Shown piece by piece: positions 41,801 to 56,800 of a stretch of DNA of 64,000 nt. The translations under genes and the position numbers were made by a program. This DNA comes from Leptothrix sp. (in: b-proteobacteria) (GTDB lineage: Bacteria; Pseudomonadota; Gammaproteobacteria; Burkholderiales; Burkholderiaceae_C). The stretch lies in contig JBFPGZ010000013.1 of assembly GCA_041083665.1 (NCBI GenBank), positions 3,740 through 67,739 on the forward strand. Reading direction: 5' to 3'. The first letter of the stretch is position 1. Every line of letters starts with the position of its first letter. Below the pieces are notes generated by a model. The model did not search any database. It was not told the DNA's origin and saw only the letters and a list, made by a program, of their open reading frames with translations.

Positions 41801-44800
41801 GTGTCAGGACGGTTGCGAAGTTTGCGCCGGCAGCGCCACCCATGCTGCCGTTGATGCGATTGATGTCAGCATTGTTGTTGACCTGGTTGCCATTGAGGGT
41901 AATCGTACCACCGCTGGTGCTGTCAATGGAAAGGCCATTGGTGATGAGGATGTCAGGTGTATTATTGGTAATGCTGATCTGCGCATCGCCCGGTGCGCTG
42001 AGCACACCGCTGCCGATCAGACGATCACCCTTGATGCTGATGCTCCCCAACTTGAGGTTCACGTCGCCCAGTGTCACAGCATTGGTCGTAGCACTCTTGG
42101 CTGCAGTGGTGTCCAGTGTGGGCAGAGTGCCGGCAATTGTATTTACCTGGCTCATGGCGTTCGAACGGGTCGTGTCCGTCACGCTATTGTTGATTTTTGT
42201 CTGGAAGCCGTTGGCATCCATGTACGCTTGATTGATATTTTTATTGCTGGTGCCAATACCAGAAACTGCCTTTTTGATATCGCCAACGGGCGTCGAATTG
42301 GAGCTCAGCAGATCGTTAATTTTTTTACTGACGGTTGCATCACTGGGGCCGCCGGCCAAGGCCTTTGTCAGCGAGGTTTGCAACTGACTGATGATCGAAT
42401 TGTTGTCGTTGAGTTCACCAACCTTGGCATTGATATCACCATTGTGCAAATCAATGTTTTTCATCAGATACGTGATGTCGCCAGTCAACTGATTGACTTG
42501 GGTTTGGGCCTTGTCCAACAATACCTGCTGGCTTACGATCTGTGCTGCTACCGACGCGTCGCCTGTCAAGGCTCTTTGGACCAGCGTCGCCTGGTATTTA
42601 TTGCCCGCATCAATCGCCTTGAGATTATTATTGACGGCATTCTGCTTGCTATTTATGGAGTTCTGATCGTTTGTATTGGCAGTTTTCAGCGCCACGATAT
42701 CAGCGACAAGTTGATCGTTAGCCGAAATCTTCTTATTCAGGGCAGTGTAGTCCGCCTCAGTTTGACCGGTCAGGCCATTGAATCCCGCCAACAGCTGAAG
42801 CTGGCTTTTGATATTAGTGTTGTTATCAGCAACCGTCTTGGCGTTGGTGATGACAGTCTCAGTCGCCGTTTGCAGCGTCGACTGTGCGCTGTTTGCAGTA
42901 TCGACGGTGCTGTTGAATGAATTGCCGGCGGCGTACGCATCGCCCACAGACTTGAGCACGATTGATTCCTGTCCAGCCAGCTGATTCAAGGCCGCACCTT
43001 GTGGACTGGGACCGCTCGCCTTGCCCGGGACGTAGTTGCCGTTGGCGTCATAAACGCCAAGTCCCATCGTCACCATCTTGTACTGCAGGAACTTGATCTC
43101 AGCGTCGTAGGCAGCCACGGCGTTCGGGTCTCCCGCATACTGAGCCTTCAGGTTTCTCAGCTTGTCGATCCGTTTCTGAATGTTGTCTGCGATGCCGATA
43201 CCGTAGTCCACGGTATAACCGATGTTGTCCTTAGGTTTGGTCACCAGGGTCCACAGAACCTCGCCATTTGCACCACGGCAAGGTGGAGTAGCGCACGTGG
43301 ATGTGGTGGTCAAAATAGGGTCGAGAGTAAGCGATGCATTGCGATGGATACCGGTCTCTGCCGTACCGTCGACCTGGACTGTGGAGAGCCCGCCTAGAGA
43401 GGAAATGCCGCCCTTGACATCGAACGATACATCGCCGCCGCCAAATAGATCACCTGCCGCTTTGGCGATATCGGCAGCCAGCTCGCGATAGATATCCTTG
43501 CCAATACCCGTCGCAGTGGCGCTAAGAATGCCCTTGTCCGCATTGAGATAAATGTCGCCAGCGGCCTTGACGTTTGCGCCGCCCAGTATGTTCACCTCTG
43601 CATTGCTGGTGATGGTGCTGTGGGCATCCGGGGTCGTGATGATGGGGCCAGCCGTCTTGTTCCAGAGGTTGACCGATGATTGGGTATTGATGTCGGAAAG
43701 TTTGCCGTCCGATGCCTGGCCGCCGCCCAGGTAGACTTCACCGCCATCGGCAGTTAGCTGGGCTCCTGTGTTCACGACCAAGCTGTTATTGCCGACATAA
43801 GCGGACACGGCGGTTCCAGCGGGGGCTCCTGCCAAACCCCAGGCGTTGGCTACTGCTCGCGTATCGATGTCTACTTCGGAATGGCTGCCGGCATTGATGT
43901 TGCCCAGTTCGCTGGACACAGTGGAATTGCTGCCGAATTTGGCTGTTGCATTGGCATGATCCACATGGAATTCGGAATCGGACAGGGCCAGTGCAATGAG
44001 TCCGGCAGAATCGAGCTTGACCTTGTCGTGGCCGACGATCACATTCGTTGCATCAAGGGTAAAACTGCCTTCGGTGTAAGTGGTCGTGTTATTGACGGCG
44101 TCTATATGCGCTTTAGCCAGCCTGTTCACGGTGGCGTCATTACCGACGCTTGCCGTGGTGTCCTCGGACACATGGCTGATACTCGCACCAGCGGGCACGC
44201 CGATGGCGCCGCCCGAGCCGGCAAGTACGTTCCAGTTGAGCACGTCACTGCCACTGAGCCATTCCTTTTTGGCCTGATTTGTGGCCTTGACTGTGACGTC
44301 ATCTGCTTCGACATAACCGCCATCACCAATACCTGCAGTTACCGTGCTCGTGACGGTGTGATTGGCACTTGCTCCGCTTGCGCCAACTGCCGCTGCGTTG
44401 ACACTGTCCACCTTGCCATTGAAGTTCGTGGTGTGACTTGCGTCCACATCCAGGCTGGAAACGTTCAACTTGCGATCTGTATTGCCGCTGCCGGTGCTTG
44501 CCTTGGTGGTGCTCGTGCTGGTGGTCGTGACGTCAGCAGCCGAGCCAGCCACGATGCCACCGCTGCCGGCTATGGCGGACGCGTAGTTATCGTCGGTGCC
44601 GCTTGCCTTGACGGTCAGGGTCGTGCCAGTGACCTTTGCACCGTTGCCCAGGTGGGCATCTGTCGTCGTGCCGGTGGTGGCCTTGGCAACTTCGGCGCCA
44701 GCCGCAAAGTAATAGCCGATCGCCCCCCCGGAAGCCTCAGCCGATTGCTTGGTGTCCGTCTGCGCCAGCACGGACAAGTTGCCGTTGATGGTGCTGTTGT

Positions 44801-47800
44801 CGCCGATGTAGCTGGTGGAGGAGGCGTTGTTGACCGCAGTGCTGACGGCACCGTTCACGCCGACCAAGCCGCCGCTGGCGGCCAGGCTGTTCGCCTGGAC
44901 AGCGGTGCCGCTGCTGGGCAATGTCACCTGCGCCTTGACGTCCAGCTCGCCTGCCGTGATGGTGCTGCCGCTGCCGACAAAGGCTGTGACCGTGGGGGTC
45001 AGCTTTGCGATGGACTCGGATGCCCCCACCGCAGCCTGGCCTGCATTCACACCATGGGCATTTGCCGTGGCACTGGCCTGGCTGGTGGCGGTGACGCTTA
45101 CCGTGTGGTTGGCGTAGCCGGCCTGCGTCGTTCCGAGGTAGGCATCGACCGTGGATGAGACCGTGGCGGTGGCGACGGCCCCCGAGCCCGAGACGATACC
45201 TGCCGAACCTGCCGTCGCCTCCGCGCTGGCGGCATAAGCATCAGTGGCTTCGACGTTGACGTTGTCGACCTTCTTGTCGGTACCGGCCTGGCCAATGTTT
45301 ACCTTGTCGCCGGTGTATGCCTTGGTGCTGCCATCGAAAACCGCGGTTGCATCCGAGCCGCCAATCGCCGAGACGCCGACGGTGGCCCCCTGGGCCACGG
45401 CGTGGGCCTGGCGGTTGTTCTGGGCCGTCACCCACAACATGGCAGCCTGTTTGATATCGGCACTGTCGTCCAGGTAGGCCGATGTCGTGCTGTGGTCATC
45501 CATCACCGCCACGGCGGCGCTGCCGGCCAGAACGCCGAATGCGCCGGTGTCCGCTTCGATGCGGGTCTTCTTGGGGTCGAGGTTGTCGGCGGTCGCCGAG
45601 ACGGTCACATTGCCTTGTGCCTCGATCGATGCCGATGAGCCGACGGACGCTTGCGTGGTGCTGTGCGTCACCCCCACCGCCACGGCGCCGCCGATGCCGA
45701 CGTCGCCGGCAGCAGCGCCAGCGGCCTTGAGTTCGAGCTGCGTCGAGTCGTGCGCGGTCACATTGACGTTGCGCGTGGCCACCAGGGTTGCGCCGCTGCT
45801 GATGGTGGCGGTGGTCTGGTCGGTGGTCTTGTCGGTAGCTGTCTTGATGTTCAGGTCCGATGCCACGCCATGACTGCTCTCATTGTTGGTGGTGGTCGTC
45901 TTGGCACCCTGCACATGTTCATCCTTGCCCATCTGGCTACTGACGCGGTTGTTGTGCATCGCCGCATCAGCCGCGCTTGCCGTCTTGCCGTCGCCCAGGC
46001 CGCTGTCGGCATCGCTGTCGAGTACGTCGCCGACGAAGGCCAGCGTCACCGCGCCGGCGATGCCGGTCGTGGCGCCACCCGCTGCGGTAATCGATGCGGA
46101 CTGCACGTCCTTGCTGGACTCGGCGTTGACGGTGATGTCCCGGCCTGCCGAGACCTTGGCGCTGTTGCCGATCTTGGCGATAGTCGTGTTGCGCACCACG
46201 TTTACCTCGGCCGCTGCGCCGGCGCCATAGGCGCCGATGGCAGCCGAGCCGCTGCCGCCGGCCAGGGTCACGGTGTCGGTGGCGCCAAGCGTTACGTCTT
46301 GCGCTGTGCCTGTCGCCGTCTGGTTGATTTGCGCGTTATCGCCGATATCGGCCGTCGTTGCTGACTTGACGACCTTGATGCCGACCGCGCCGGCCACGCC
46401 AATGCCACCGCCGGCTGCGCTGACCGTGCCAGTGGTGATCTGCTCGGTCGAGCTGGCCGTGACCTCGGTGGCTCCGGATGCATCCAATGTCGCGCCGTTG
46501 TCGACATGGGCGCCGGTCGTGTTGCCGATCACGCCGATAGAAAATGCACCGCTTGCGCCGACAATGCCACCGGCTCCAGCCACGCTGTACAGGTCAAGCG
46601 TTGTATCGGCCTCGGCAGTGACGGCTATCCTATTCGTTGCGGCAATGCCGACATTGGCACCGATGGTGGCTTGCGTGTCATTGCTTGCCACGGCCGTGCC
46701 TGTCGCCGCACCGACACCAGCGCCACCGCCCACCGACGCATTGGCGGCAATGACGTAGACGTGCTCGGCGGAACTTGCCTTCACGACCACATCGCTTGCG
46801 TCCAGCTTGGCGCCAGCGTCGATATGTGCATGGGTCTTCTTGCCGAGCACGGCGCTATTGACCGAGCCACTGACGGCTGCGCCGCCCCCGCCGGCCACCG
46901 TGCCCGAGGCCATGACGACCAGGCTGTTGTCTGCGGCCAGCACGGTGACCGCCGGGGCGGTGCCCGTGCTGCCGGTCTGGTTGACCTGGGCGCCGCTGCC
47001 GATGCGGGCATCGGTCACGGTCTCGACCACATCTGCCGTACCCGTGCCAGTGCCGCCGATAGCGCCAGCACCTGCCACGCCCATCGACGCGGTCACGACC
47101 TTTTCATTGCCCGTTGCGGTAACGGCCAGGCCCGTGATGGTTTGTGTCCCTTTCGTCCCCAGGCCACCCTTGGCCTGGATGGCCTGGCCCTGTGAGTCAT
47201 TCGCGACGGATGGATCGACGCTGCGGCTGGCATTCCCGCCGCTGACGGTGAACGAAGCGCCATTGACCAGGCTGCCTTCGCTCGTTCCATTGTTGTCGGC
47301 ATTGACAGAGTCCGGCGCACCGGTTGGCAGTTTGGGCATCGCGCCTGCCGTGCTGCCAATGAGGCCGTTGTCGACGCTGATACCGCTGGCGTTGCCGCGC
47401 GCGTTGACGCTGGCGTTGTCGCCAACGTAGGCGTAGGTCTGGCTGCTCAGGATGTATGCGGCAATCGCACCATTGACAGCGTCTCCGCCGGCGCCCGTGC
47501 CCGTTGCGGAAACGCCGACCAGCAGGGTGTCGTCGCCAGCCGCCACCACCACGTTGCCGTCGGAGTTGACCGTTGTTAGGGCGGTCTTGTCCGTCGCATC
47601 GCGGTTCGCGCCGATGTAGGCCTCGGTCGTGTTGTGCACCACATTGACCGAGGCGGCGCCACCAACCGCCGCCGCACCCGATCCTTGAATGGACAAGGCA
47701 GCGCCGATGATGTTCTGGCTGGACTGCGCAGCAACCACCACATCCTGGTCGGCCGTGACGTTGGACCCTGCGGCGATGTAGGCAGTGGTGTTCTTCTGCA

Positions 47801-50800
47801 GGGTGTTGACGTTGAGCACGCCGCCAACGGCCACGCCGCCAACGGCAGCCGCGCCCGAGCCTGCCGCTGTGAACAGGTTGCTGGTGCTGGTTGCCTTCAC
47901 GTCGACCGAGCGGCCGGAGGTCGTCGTCGTGTCCTGGTTGACGTTGGCGGCGCCAATATGGGCGGCCGTTTCCGACGTCACCACATTGACCACCGTAGAG
48001 CCGCAAACACCGGCGGCGCCAGCGCCACAGCCGGTGACGCCGACGTTGTAGACATCATCACCAGTCTCGGCCGCCACGGTCATGGTGTGGTGAGCGCTGA
48101 CCGCTGCAGCATCCGCGACAGAGGCGGCCGCATCGTCGTGCAGCAGCACGACGCCGATGGAGCCGGCCACGCCGGCCACGCCAGCGCCTGCACCCGCGCC
48201 GGAGGCAACGACCGCCTGTGTCGTGTCGCTGGCGTGCACCGTAAGGTCACGTCCAGCCTTGACTGTGGCACCAGAGCCAACATATGCCTGCGTGTTCATC
48301 AGCGGCATCGAGGTATTTGCGCTCATCGATGGGCTGACAGCCAGCTTGTTGCTGGAATTGGTGCTCAGATCGCTGGCCGCACCTGTCGAGAGGCTGGAAT
48401 CGCCCAATTGCTTGCCCACGGCACTGTTGGTGGCAAGGGGTGTCTGGGCGTCCGCCTGACTTTGCGTCGTGACGGTACTGCCATTCGCGTCCTGAGTGTG
48501 CAGACCGCTTTGCGCATCACCGTCCAGCAGCGAACCCACGGCAATGACGGAGACCGCGCCGGCCACCCCGGCTGCACCGCCGCCAGCGCCGGCCACCGTC
48601 GCCGAATTGACGTGCTTGGTGGACGTCGCTTCGACGCCGATGTCCTGGCTGGCCGAAACGGCAGCGTTGTTGTCGATATAGGCCGAGGTGGTGTTCAGCG
48701 CCACGGTCACCGCCGCAGAGCCGCCGACGCCGGCCGCTCCGGCACCCGCTCCGGCACCCGCTGCTGCAATGCTGAACAGGTTGTCGGTTGCCTTGACCTC
48801 AACCGTTTGTCCGGCGCCATTCTTGTCTTGATTGACCTGGGCATGTTGGCCAATGCCGGCTTCGGTATCGGACTTGACGACATCGATCGAGATGCTGCCC
48901 GAGACGCCCGCCGCGCCGCCGCCGGCACCCGCGATCGTGATGGCATTGACGTTCTCGGTCGAATCGGCGTGTACCGAGGTCTTGCCCGTTGCGTCCGTCT
49001 GGGCGTAGGCGCCGATCTTGGCCAGGGTCGTACTGGAATTGACTCCCACCGACAAGGAGCCACCGACACCGGCCGCTCCGCCGCCCGCGCCTGCGCCCGT
49101 CACCAGCCAACTCGAAGAAAACTCGCTGGCAGCCACGGCAAGATCGCCCGCCGTCACCTTCAATTTGGCCGCGTCGGCTGCCGACGTGCCGGCTTCGATA
49201 GTGGCCTCTGTGGTATTGGCCACGCCCACTCCAGCCACTGCACCGCCGACGCCGGCGCTGCCACCGCCGGCAAAACCGGCCGTGGTCGTCACGCTGAGGT
49301 CAGACGACGTGGCATCGAGTTCGATCGCCTTCTTGGCGTTGACCACCACGCCCTTGCCGATCTTGGCGGTTGTCGTCTTGGCAATCACGCCGGCATTGGC
49401 CGCCGCGCCGACGCCCGCTGCGCCACCGCCTGCGACCGCGCCGGCCGTATCGATCAGCAGGGCCTCATCGATTGCCTTGACCCGCACCTGCTGATCGGCA
49501 TTTCCGTTGGTGTTGTCTGCGTTGATTTGCGCTGATTGCCCGATCGAGGCTTCCGTCGTGCTGGCGATCACATTGGCCGACACCGTGGCGGCCACACCTG
49601 CCGAGCCGCCACCTGCGCCGCCAACCACCGTCGTCATCAGATCTTCACGGTTGTAGGCCGTGACCGACAGTCCGTTGGCGCTTTCGGTGAGCTTCGATCC
49701 CAGCACCGTGGGTTGTGTCGCCGGATTGGTCAGCCCGGTGGCGCCGCTATACACGGTGGCTGCGGTGCCATTGCCGAGGGCATTGACCGTGGCGCCATGA
49801 CCTATCGTCGCCTTCGTGGTCTGCAGCAAGGTTGCCACGGCAAGTGATCCGCCGACGCCGGCGGTACCCCCAGCGGCCCCCGCTCCGGCTGTCAAGACCG
49901 CTGTCACGTCGTCCTGAGCGTTCACCAGCACGTTGCCATCGGCATCAACCGTGGCCGAATTGCCGATCGCGGCTTGCACATCATTCTTGTTGACCGCAAT
50001 CGATACGGCTCCGCCCACGCCAGCTGTTCCACCGCCGGCAAAACCAGCGCTGATGGACGTGATGTGGTCGGTCGAAGTCGCATCGATCTCGACATCCTTC
50101 TTGGCGTGGACTTCGGACGAATCACCCGTTGTCGCCTTGACGGTCTTGATCAGGATGCTGGTGTCGACCGCTGCTCCGACGCCAGCTTTTCCACCCCCGC
50201 CAGCGCCGCCGGCGGCTCCAACAACGACTGTGTCGTCGCGCGCGGTAATGGATACCGATTGCGCCGCATTGCTGTAGGCGGTATCCGGATTGATCTTGGC
50301 GCCCTGAGCAAGCGAGGCTTCGGTATCCGTCAGGATCAGATCAAGCGAGACGGCGCCTGCGACGCCGACAGTCCCACCACCCGCGCCCGCAATGACCGCC
50401 GTCACGGCCGTTTCACTGGCCTGCGCCGACACGGTGGCCTTGCCGGTCGAATCCAGTACGGCACCCTGGCCGATGGTCGCTTTGGTCTGGTTGGCGATGA
50501 CATTGGCCGCGATGCTCGCACCGACGCCGGCGTCCTTGCCGCCACCCACGCCGCCAGCCGCAATCACCGAGGTGAGTTCGTTCGTGGCCAGCACATCAAC
50601 ATTGCCCTGGGCCTTGAGCGAAGCGCCAGCACCGACGCTGGCTTCGGTCTTCACGAGCGAGAGGTCCAGGCCGAGTACACCGCCGATGCCGACGCTCTGT
50701 GTGCCAAGTCCGCCGCTGATGCCGATGTTCACGATCGTCTGATGCGAATCGGCAGATACGCTTGCACCCGCAGCCGTGGCGACGATCGTCCCGTTCTTGC

Positions 50801-53800
50801 CGACCGACGCGAGGGTCTGGTCCAGATCGACCAGATCGGAATCCGAAAGTCCCACACCGGCCTGCTTGGCGCCAGCAACGCCCCCAGCGAACGATGCTGC
50901 GCGCGTATCGGAGTGGCTGGATACCTCCAGCCCGAGGCCACCGTCGGCATGGGTCTGATCCAGACGCTGGCTGCCAGTCAGTGTTGCAGACACGCCGTCG
51001 CCCAGAGTGGCTTTGGTCGTGTTGTTGAGCACATTGACCGCGAATGCCCCTGCGACTGCGGCATTGCCGCTCGATGCGGCGCCGGCCACGGCTTCGGTGT
51101 AGTAATTGAGCCCGGTATAAACAGCCGGATCCAGGTTGTCGATGTAGCTCGACTTGTTGATGTCCTTGAAGGTCGACAGGGCCAGGCCGCCGGTGAGCAG
51201 GCTTTCCACGCTCTCGTTGCTGGCCTTGACCGTCAGGGAATCGGCTTGGATCGACGTTGGATCGAATGTCCCGTTGTCGTTGGCATCACGGCCAATCGCT
51301 GCAGTGTTCTGGTTGTGGGCCAGCAGCACGGCAAACGACGCGCCGACGCCTGCCTTGCTCGTGCCACCCTTGGAGAGCGCGCCCGCACGCGCAGCAGCCG
51401 CGACGTGGCTGGTGTCATCCGAGTTCACCACCACATCGCCGACCGGCTTGACGGACAGGCCGGTAGACGAACCCAGACTGGCCCCTTCGTCGATGCTGGC
51501 GAGCGTTTCGTTGGTGTTGCCCACCACGGCCAATGCGCCGGCCACGGCCACGTCACCGCCGCTGGCGCCAGATATGGCTTCTGCACTCATCGTGCGCAGG
51601 AATTTGGCATCCGTATTTTGATGTGATGTCGCCGTCACACTGACGTCACCCGCCTGGGCAATCGTCGTACCGGAACCGATCGTCGCATCGGTCTTGTTCG
51701 TTGTTGCTGTCAAGGCAACGGCTGCGGCCACACCAACATTGTCCGAAACCGCCTCGCCGCTGGCGAAGGTGGTGTAGTTGGTGTCGGTCTGCGCATCGAC
51801 GGCGAGCTTCTTGCCTGCTCCGGTGGACACCTTCCTGCCGGCGCCGATGCTTGCGAGGGACTCGTTGTCGGCCAAGCCAACCCCGATCGCTGCCGCCACG
51901 CTGACCTGCTTGCCCTTCTGGTCACCGCCAGTTGCGGTCGCCTCGGTGGGCTCCGTGGTCGAGTCCGGTGTCTGGGTGTTGACATCGGGCGTCTTGGCTG
52001 CCGGCACATCCGTCGTCTTGACGTTTGCTACAGCGCTGTCGCTGTTCGTGCCCTTGGCAAAGTCCAGTTGCGTCCGCTTCTGCGCGTCGACCGTCGTATC
52101 TGGGTCGGGAGTTTCGTTGCCGCTGGCATCCTTCTTGGCCGTTGCGGCTCCCTTGGCGCCTGCGGTCGCCTTGGTCGTCAGCGAGGTTGCCGAGTTGGCG
52201 GCGATATCGATCGTTCCTCCAACGGTCGCGTCCCTGTCAAGGCTTGCTTTTGTTTGATCGACCGAGATCGCTGCGGCCAATGATGCGCCAACTGCCGCTT
52301 CGCCCTGCGCCTGGCCAGTCGCGGTGGTCGTCATGCCGCTCTTCTGCGTGGCAGCCAAGCTCAGGTTGCCGTCCGCGCCGAGTGTGCTCAAAGAGGTGCC
52401 CAGTCTTGCGGTGGTCGTGTTCACGGCAATGTTCGCCGCGACTACAGGCGTGATCGATACCTTCGCTCCCGTCGTTCCGCCATTGGCACTGGCGTCTTGC
52501 GTGTAGAGGCCCAGGGCCGCGACATCGACATTGCCGGCATGGGTCAGCGTCGAGCCGTTCACGGCCTCGGCGTGCGCCGTATTCACCACGACATCAACAC
52601 CCACGCTGGCCCCGACGCCTGCCTTGCCGTTTGCGACCTTGGCATCGGCCGTCGTCTTGTTGGTCGCCTGGTTGGTCGCTTCGAGCGTGACGTCTGCGCC
52701 GCCGGCATCCACTTTGGCCCCCGCATCGACCACGGCTTCACTCTTGGCAACGACTGCATTGACGGCCAGCGTGCCCGCTACGCCGACGTTGCTGGCGCCC
52801 GCGCCGCTCTTGGCCGTGGCGCTGAAGTTGTTGGCTGTCGTGCTCTTGCCGTCAGGGGTGAAATTGTCCGCACGGCCAGCCAGCGTGAGCGCCCCACCCG
52901 TGGCGGGTTTTTCAAGATAGGCGCCGACGGTCACTCCATGAGCCTTGACGTCATCGTGGTCACCAATCGTCGCCTGGTTGGTCACCAGTGCTGCGTTCAA
53001 GGCCACTGCCGCACCGACGCCGACCTGGGTGTTGCCACTATCGACCTGGCTGCCATCTGCGCTTGCCGATGCATCCGTCTGATTGCTGCTCTTCACTGTC
53101 AGCGCGCCACCCGCATTCACCGTCCGGCTAGCACCGACGGTCGCGGTGGTGGTGGACGTGCCCACATTCACACCCACCGCCGCAGCCACGCTCACGCCAC
53201 CACTGCTGGTACTGGCGGTCGGCGTGGCCTTGCCACTTTCGGCCAGCTTGTCTGCGGGCGTGCTGCCATTGCTGCCTGGTGGCTGCGACGTGACCGGCGT
53301 GGCCGCAGCCTCCGTTGCAGCCTTTGCATCCGCTGATGCGGCTATCGCAGCATCTGTGGTCGAAGGTGCCCCGGTTATCGTGTCGCTTCCAAGTTTCTTG
53401 GTCGCATCGCCCTGATCGGAAACTTGTTTGTCGACGGTTTTGCCGGTGCTTCCATCGCTGTTGATTGGCTGGTCTTTGGCGTCTGCCTTCTGTCCCCCGG
53501 TCGCGCTGGCCGTCGCCGTCGTGCTGCTTGCCGATGTCGACTTCGCACTCACGTCCACTGCACCAACCGTCGTGATGTCCCGCTCCACATCGGTGGTGAC
53601 CTTGTCCGTCGCAAACGTCAAGCCAATCGAAGCGCCAATTGCCGCCTTACCGCCAGTGGTCTGGCCCGTGGCGGTGCTGCTGGTCGTACTAGTCTGTTCG
53701 GCGCTGCTGGTGTATTTGCCAAGGAGATCGAGTTTGTCCCCGGTCCCGAGACGGGCCGTGGTGGTATTGACCGCCATGGTGACCGCAGCAACCGGGGTCA

Positions 53801-56800
53801 CCGCCACCTTGTCACCCGACGCGCCGCCCGTTGCCGTCGTGGTCGTGGTATTGCCGGATCTGGAGGTCAAGGTGAAATCATTGGCGCCCGTTATTCCAGC
53901 GCCATCGGCAACGTCAGCGGTTGTCGTATTGACAGCGACATTGGTACCGACCGTCGCCCCAATGCCGACTTGTGCGGGCTGCGATGCATTCGCTGGCGTC
54001 TCTTTCGCACCTGCCGTCACCGTGCTTGCCGAGAGATTCTGTGCCTCGACGAGGACATTTCCGCCGGCCAACTTCACCTTGGTCGCTTCGATCATCGCGC
54101 TGGTGGTATTAGCCAGCACGTTGACAGCGAGCGCACCAGCTACGCCAACATTGCTGGTGCCTGACCCACTGGTGACGCTTGTGGCAAAGGCGCTCTTGGC
54201 GGTGTCGGTCGGCATCTTGGCGCTGACTGTCAGGCTCTTGCTGTCGATGTTGCTGTTGGTCGCCACAAGAGCATGATTGGCCAGCACACCGATGTTGAGG
54301 CCCACGGCGGCGCCAACACCAACGTCGCTGTTCGTGCTGCTGCCGTCTGCGGTGACGGTGGAAGAGGTGGCCGCCTTGCTGGAAATCGTTGTGGCGCCCG
54401 TGGTTTTCTGTTGTCCGGTTGACGCGACAAAGGCCTGAGTAAAGCTATTGACGTTGGCGACGGCCACTGCAGCAGCCACTTCGACACTGCCATCTGTGGT
54501 TCTGGCCTGATTCTTGAACTTTGCCAGCACCTTCTCTGTCAGGCTCGGGTTGGCAGCTTTATCTGCGTCGGTCTGCTTGTTGGCACCTTTGGCAGCGGCC
54601 TTGGCGCTGGTCGTCAGCGTATTCTGTGAATCGGCGGTCACGTTCAGGGACGCTGCATCGGTTTTCGCTGAACCATCGATGTAAGCCTGGGTCACCGCCG
54701 TGACTTCGGACAAGGCCACTGTACCGCCCACAGCAGCCACCCCAGCTGCGGAAGAATCAGCCTTGGTGGTGGCTGTCACATTATTCGTGGCACTCAACTC
54801 GGCGCCCTTTGTGGCATGCAATTCGCTGCTGTCGCCCACATGCGTACTTGCCGTACTGACAATGACGTTCTGTGCCGCACCAGCATCCCCCGGGAATTTT
54901 TTCAGGTCAGGCAGGCCTGGTGCAACCTTGGAATTGACGGTCGAACTGGCATGCAGTTTCAGATCTGCGCCTGAGTTCAGCACTGAAGCCCCGCTGACAT
55001 TAACTTCTGCCGTGGAAACCATTACGGCGTTACCCAGCGGGACCAGTGGCGACGTAGCGGCCCTGGTGTCCGATGTGGCTTCGAGGGTCAAGTTGCCGGT
55101 CGCCGTCAAGTTGCTCGCCGTGACTTCAACTGCAGAACCCACGACTGCAACTGTTACCGGAAATCGCGCAGTCAATATGGAGTCATCATAGGTGGAACTG
55201 GCCGTGAGCTTGATGTTTCCGCCCTTGATGGTCGCCCCATCTAGACTGATGGATGCTTTACCGCTCCAACTATTCGAGTTCACCAAGCTGAAGTTCTGGC
55301 TGGCTGTCAGGGTGATATCGCCAGGAGTATAGAGATCCGTGGCCTGTGCCAGCAGCATCGAGTCCACGCCCAGAGAAATATGGGGGGCTTGCAAGGTTAG
55401 GTTGCCGGAATTTCCCGTTGAATTGTCGTTGATATGGGCATCTCTTGTTGTACCGGTGACCTGACGGGTCGATACAACGACATTATTTGCAATCGTCAAT
55501 TGTTCGCTGGCTTGCAGCGTCAGGCTGCCGGCATTCCATGTCACGCTGCCATCGGATTTTGTGCTTGACGATGCGCTGCGCAACAGGTCGCTGCTGATAG
55601 TCAGATTAGTCGGATCGATCAGGATATTTCCAGATTGACCTTGCGTCGCGCAAGCAGCCATGCTGCCGCCAGCCAGTTCCACGGTGTTTGCGGCACTGAA
55701 CTCGATGGAGCCACCATCACCGCTGCTGCCGGCACTGGCATCAATCAGCGCGCCCTTGCCGAGGGTGGCGTTGTTGCGCGCATATAGAGCGACTGTGCCG
55801 CCCGGCGAGTTGGTGCCGTGGCCGGCAGCAAGAATATTTGCACCGGCCAGTTCGAGATTGCCGCCGGCCTGGACGTTGATATCGCCGCCGCGAACGCCAT
55901 TGCCACCCTCAGCGGACAGCGAGCCAGAAATTGCCGCATCCTGCTCGGCGACAATGCTGATCTTGCCGGCTTCGACGATCAGGTTTGTTGCCGAACGCAG
56001 TCCGTTGACATTGACCACGTCGGTGAAGTTCGGGGCGTTTCCTTCGAAACGCGCGCCACTGAACAACCTACCGCCGACATTGATGGTTCCGGCGCGCAAG
56101 GATATTTCACCCGAGGCGTTCACCGTTCCTTGGATGCTGATCTGCCCGGATCCGCTGCTCGGCTCACGACCGGCCAACAAATTGGTAATGGATGTCTGAT
56201 CAGGTGCGCCATTTTTCGAGAAAAAACCGTCGATGAATGACGTGCTGGGTGTAGATACGTGCAAACTTCCGACGTTGATGACACCACCTGCCCCGACTAT
56301 CATGCCATAGGGATTGGCAAAATAGACTGCGCCGCCGATCTGGCCATCTTTGATAGCATTCAGGCGGCCGAAGATGGATGACTGTTCGTCCCTGACGAGG
56401 TTGATCAGGTTGCTGCTGCCCGTTGGTACATACAGATTGACCGTCTGGCCAGTGGCCACATTGAAGATCGAGAATGAATTGAACGCATTGTTCCCCGAGA
56501 TGGTGTTTGTGCGAATATCTCGCACTGTGGCAGTGGAGGTGATGCTTGTTCGTGTCCGGCCATCCGGAATGATCTGACACCAAACAGGGGAAATACCAAA
56601 CATTGAGCATAGGAATGCAACCACGGTTGGTCGCACCGGCGGTGCCGTAGGCCAAGCCAATACATCGCCTATCAGACGCGCCGTCCAGTGTGCATGGATG
56701 ACGCGTCTACCTGACAAGCCCTTGCCACGTCCCTTCGCAAATTCAGTGACTGCGACAAATGCACCAATTGCATCGTTCCAAAGTAATCGGTAAATGCGAT

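Noticed and set aside
40710-42920. 736-aa plus-strand ORF
   Set aside because: It is antisense to the low-GC module of tpsA-2, with no RBS or start context and no domain signatures.
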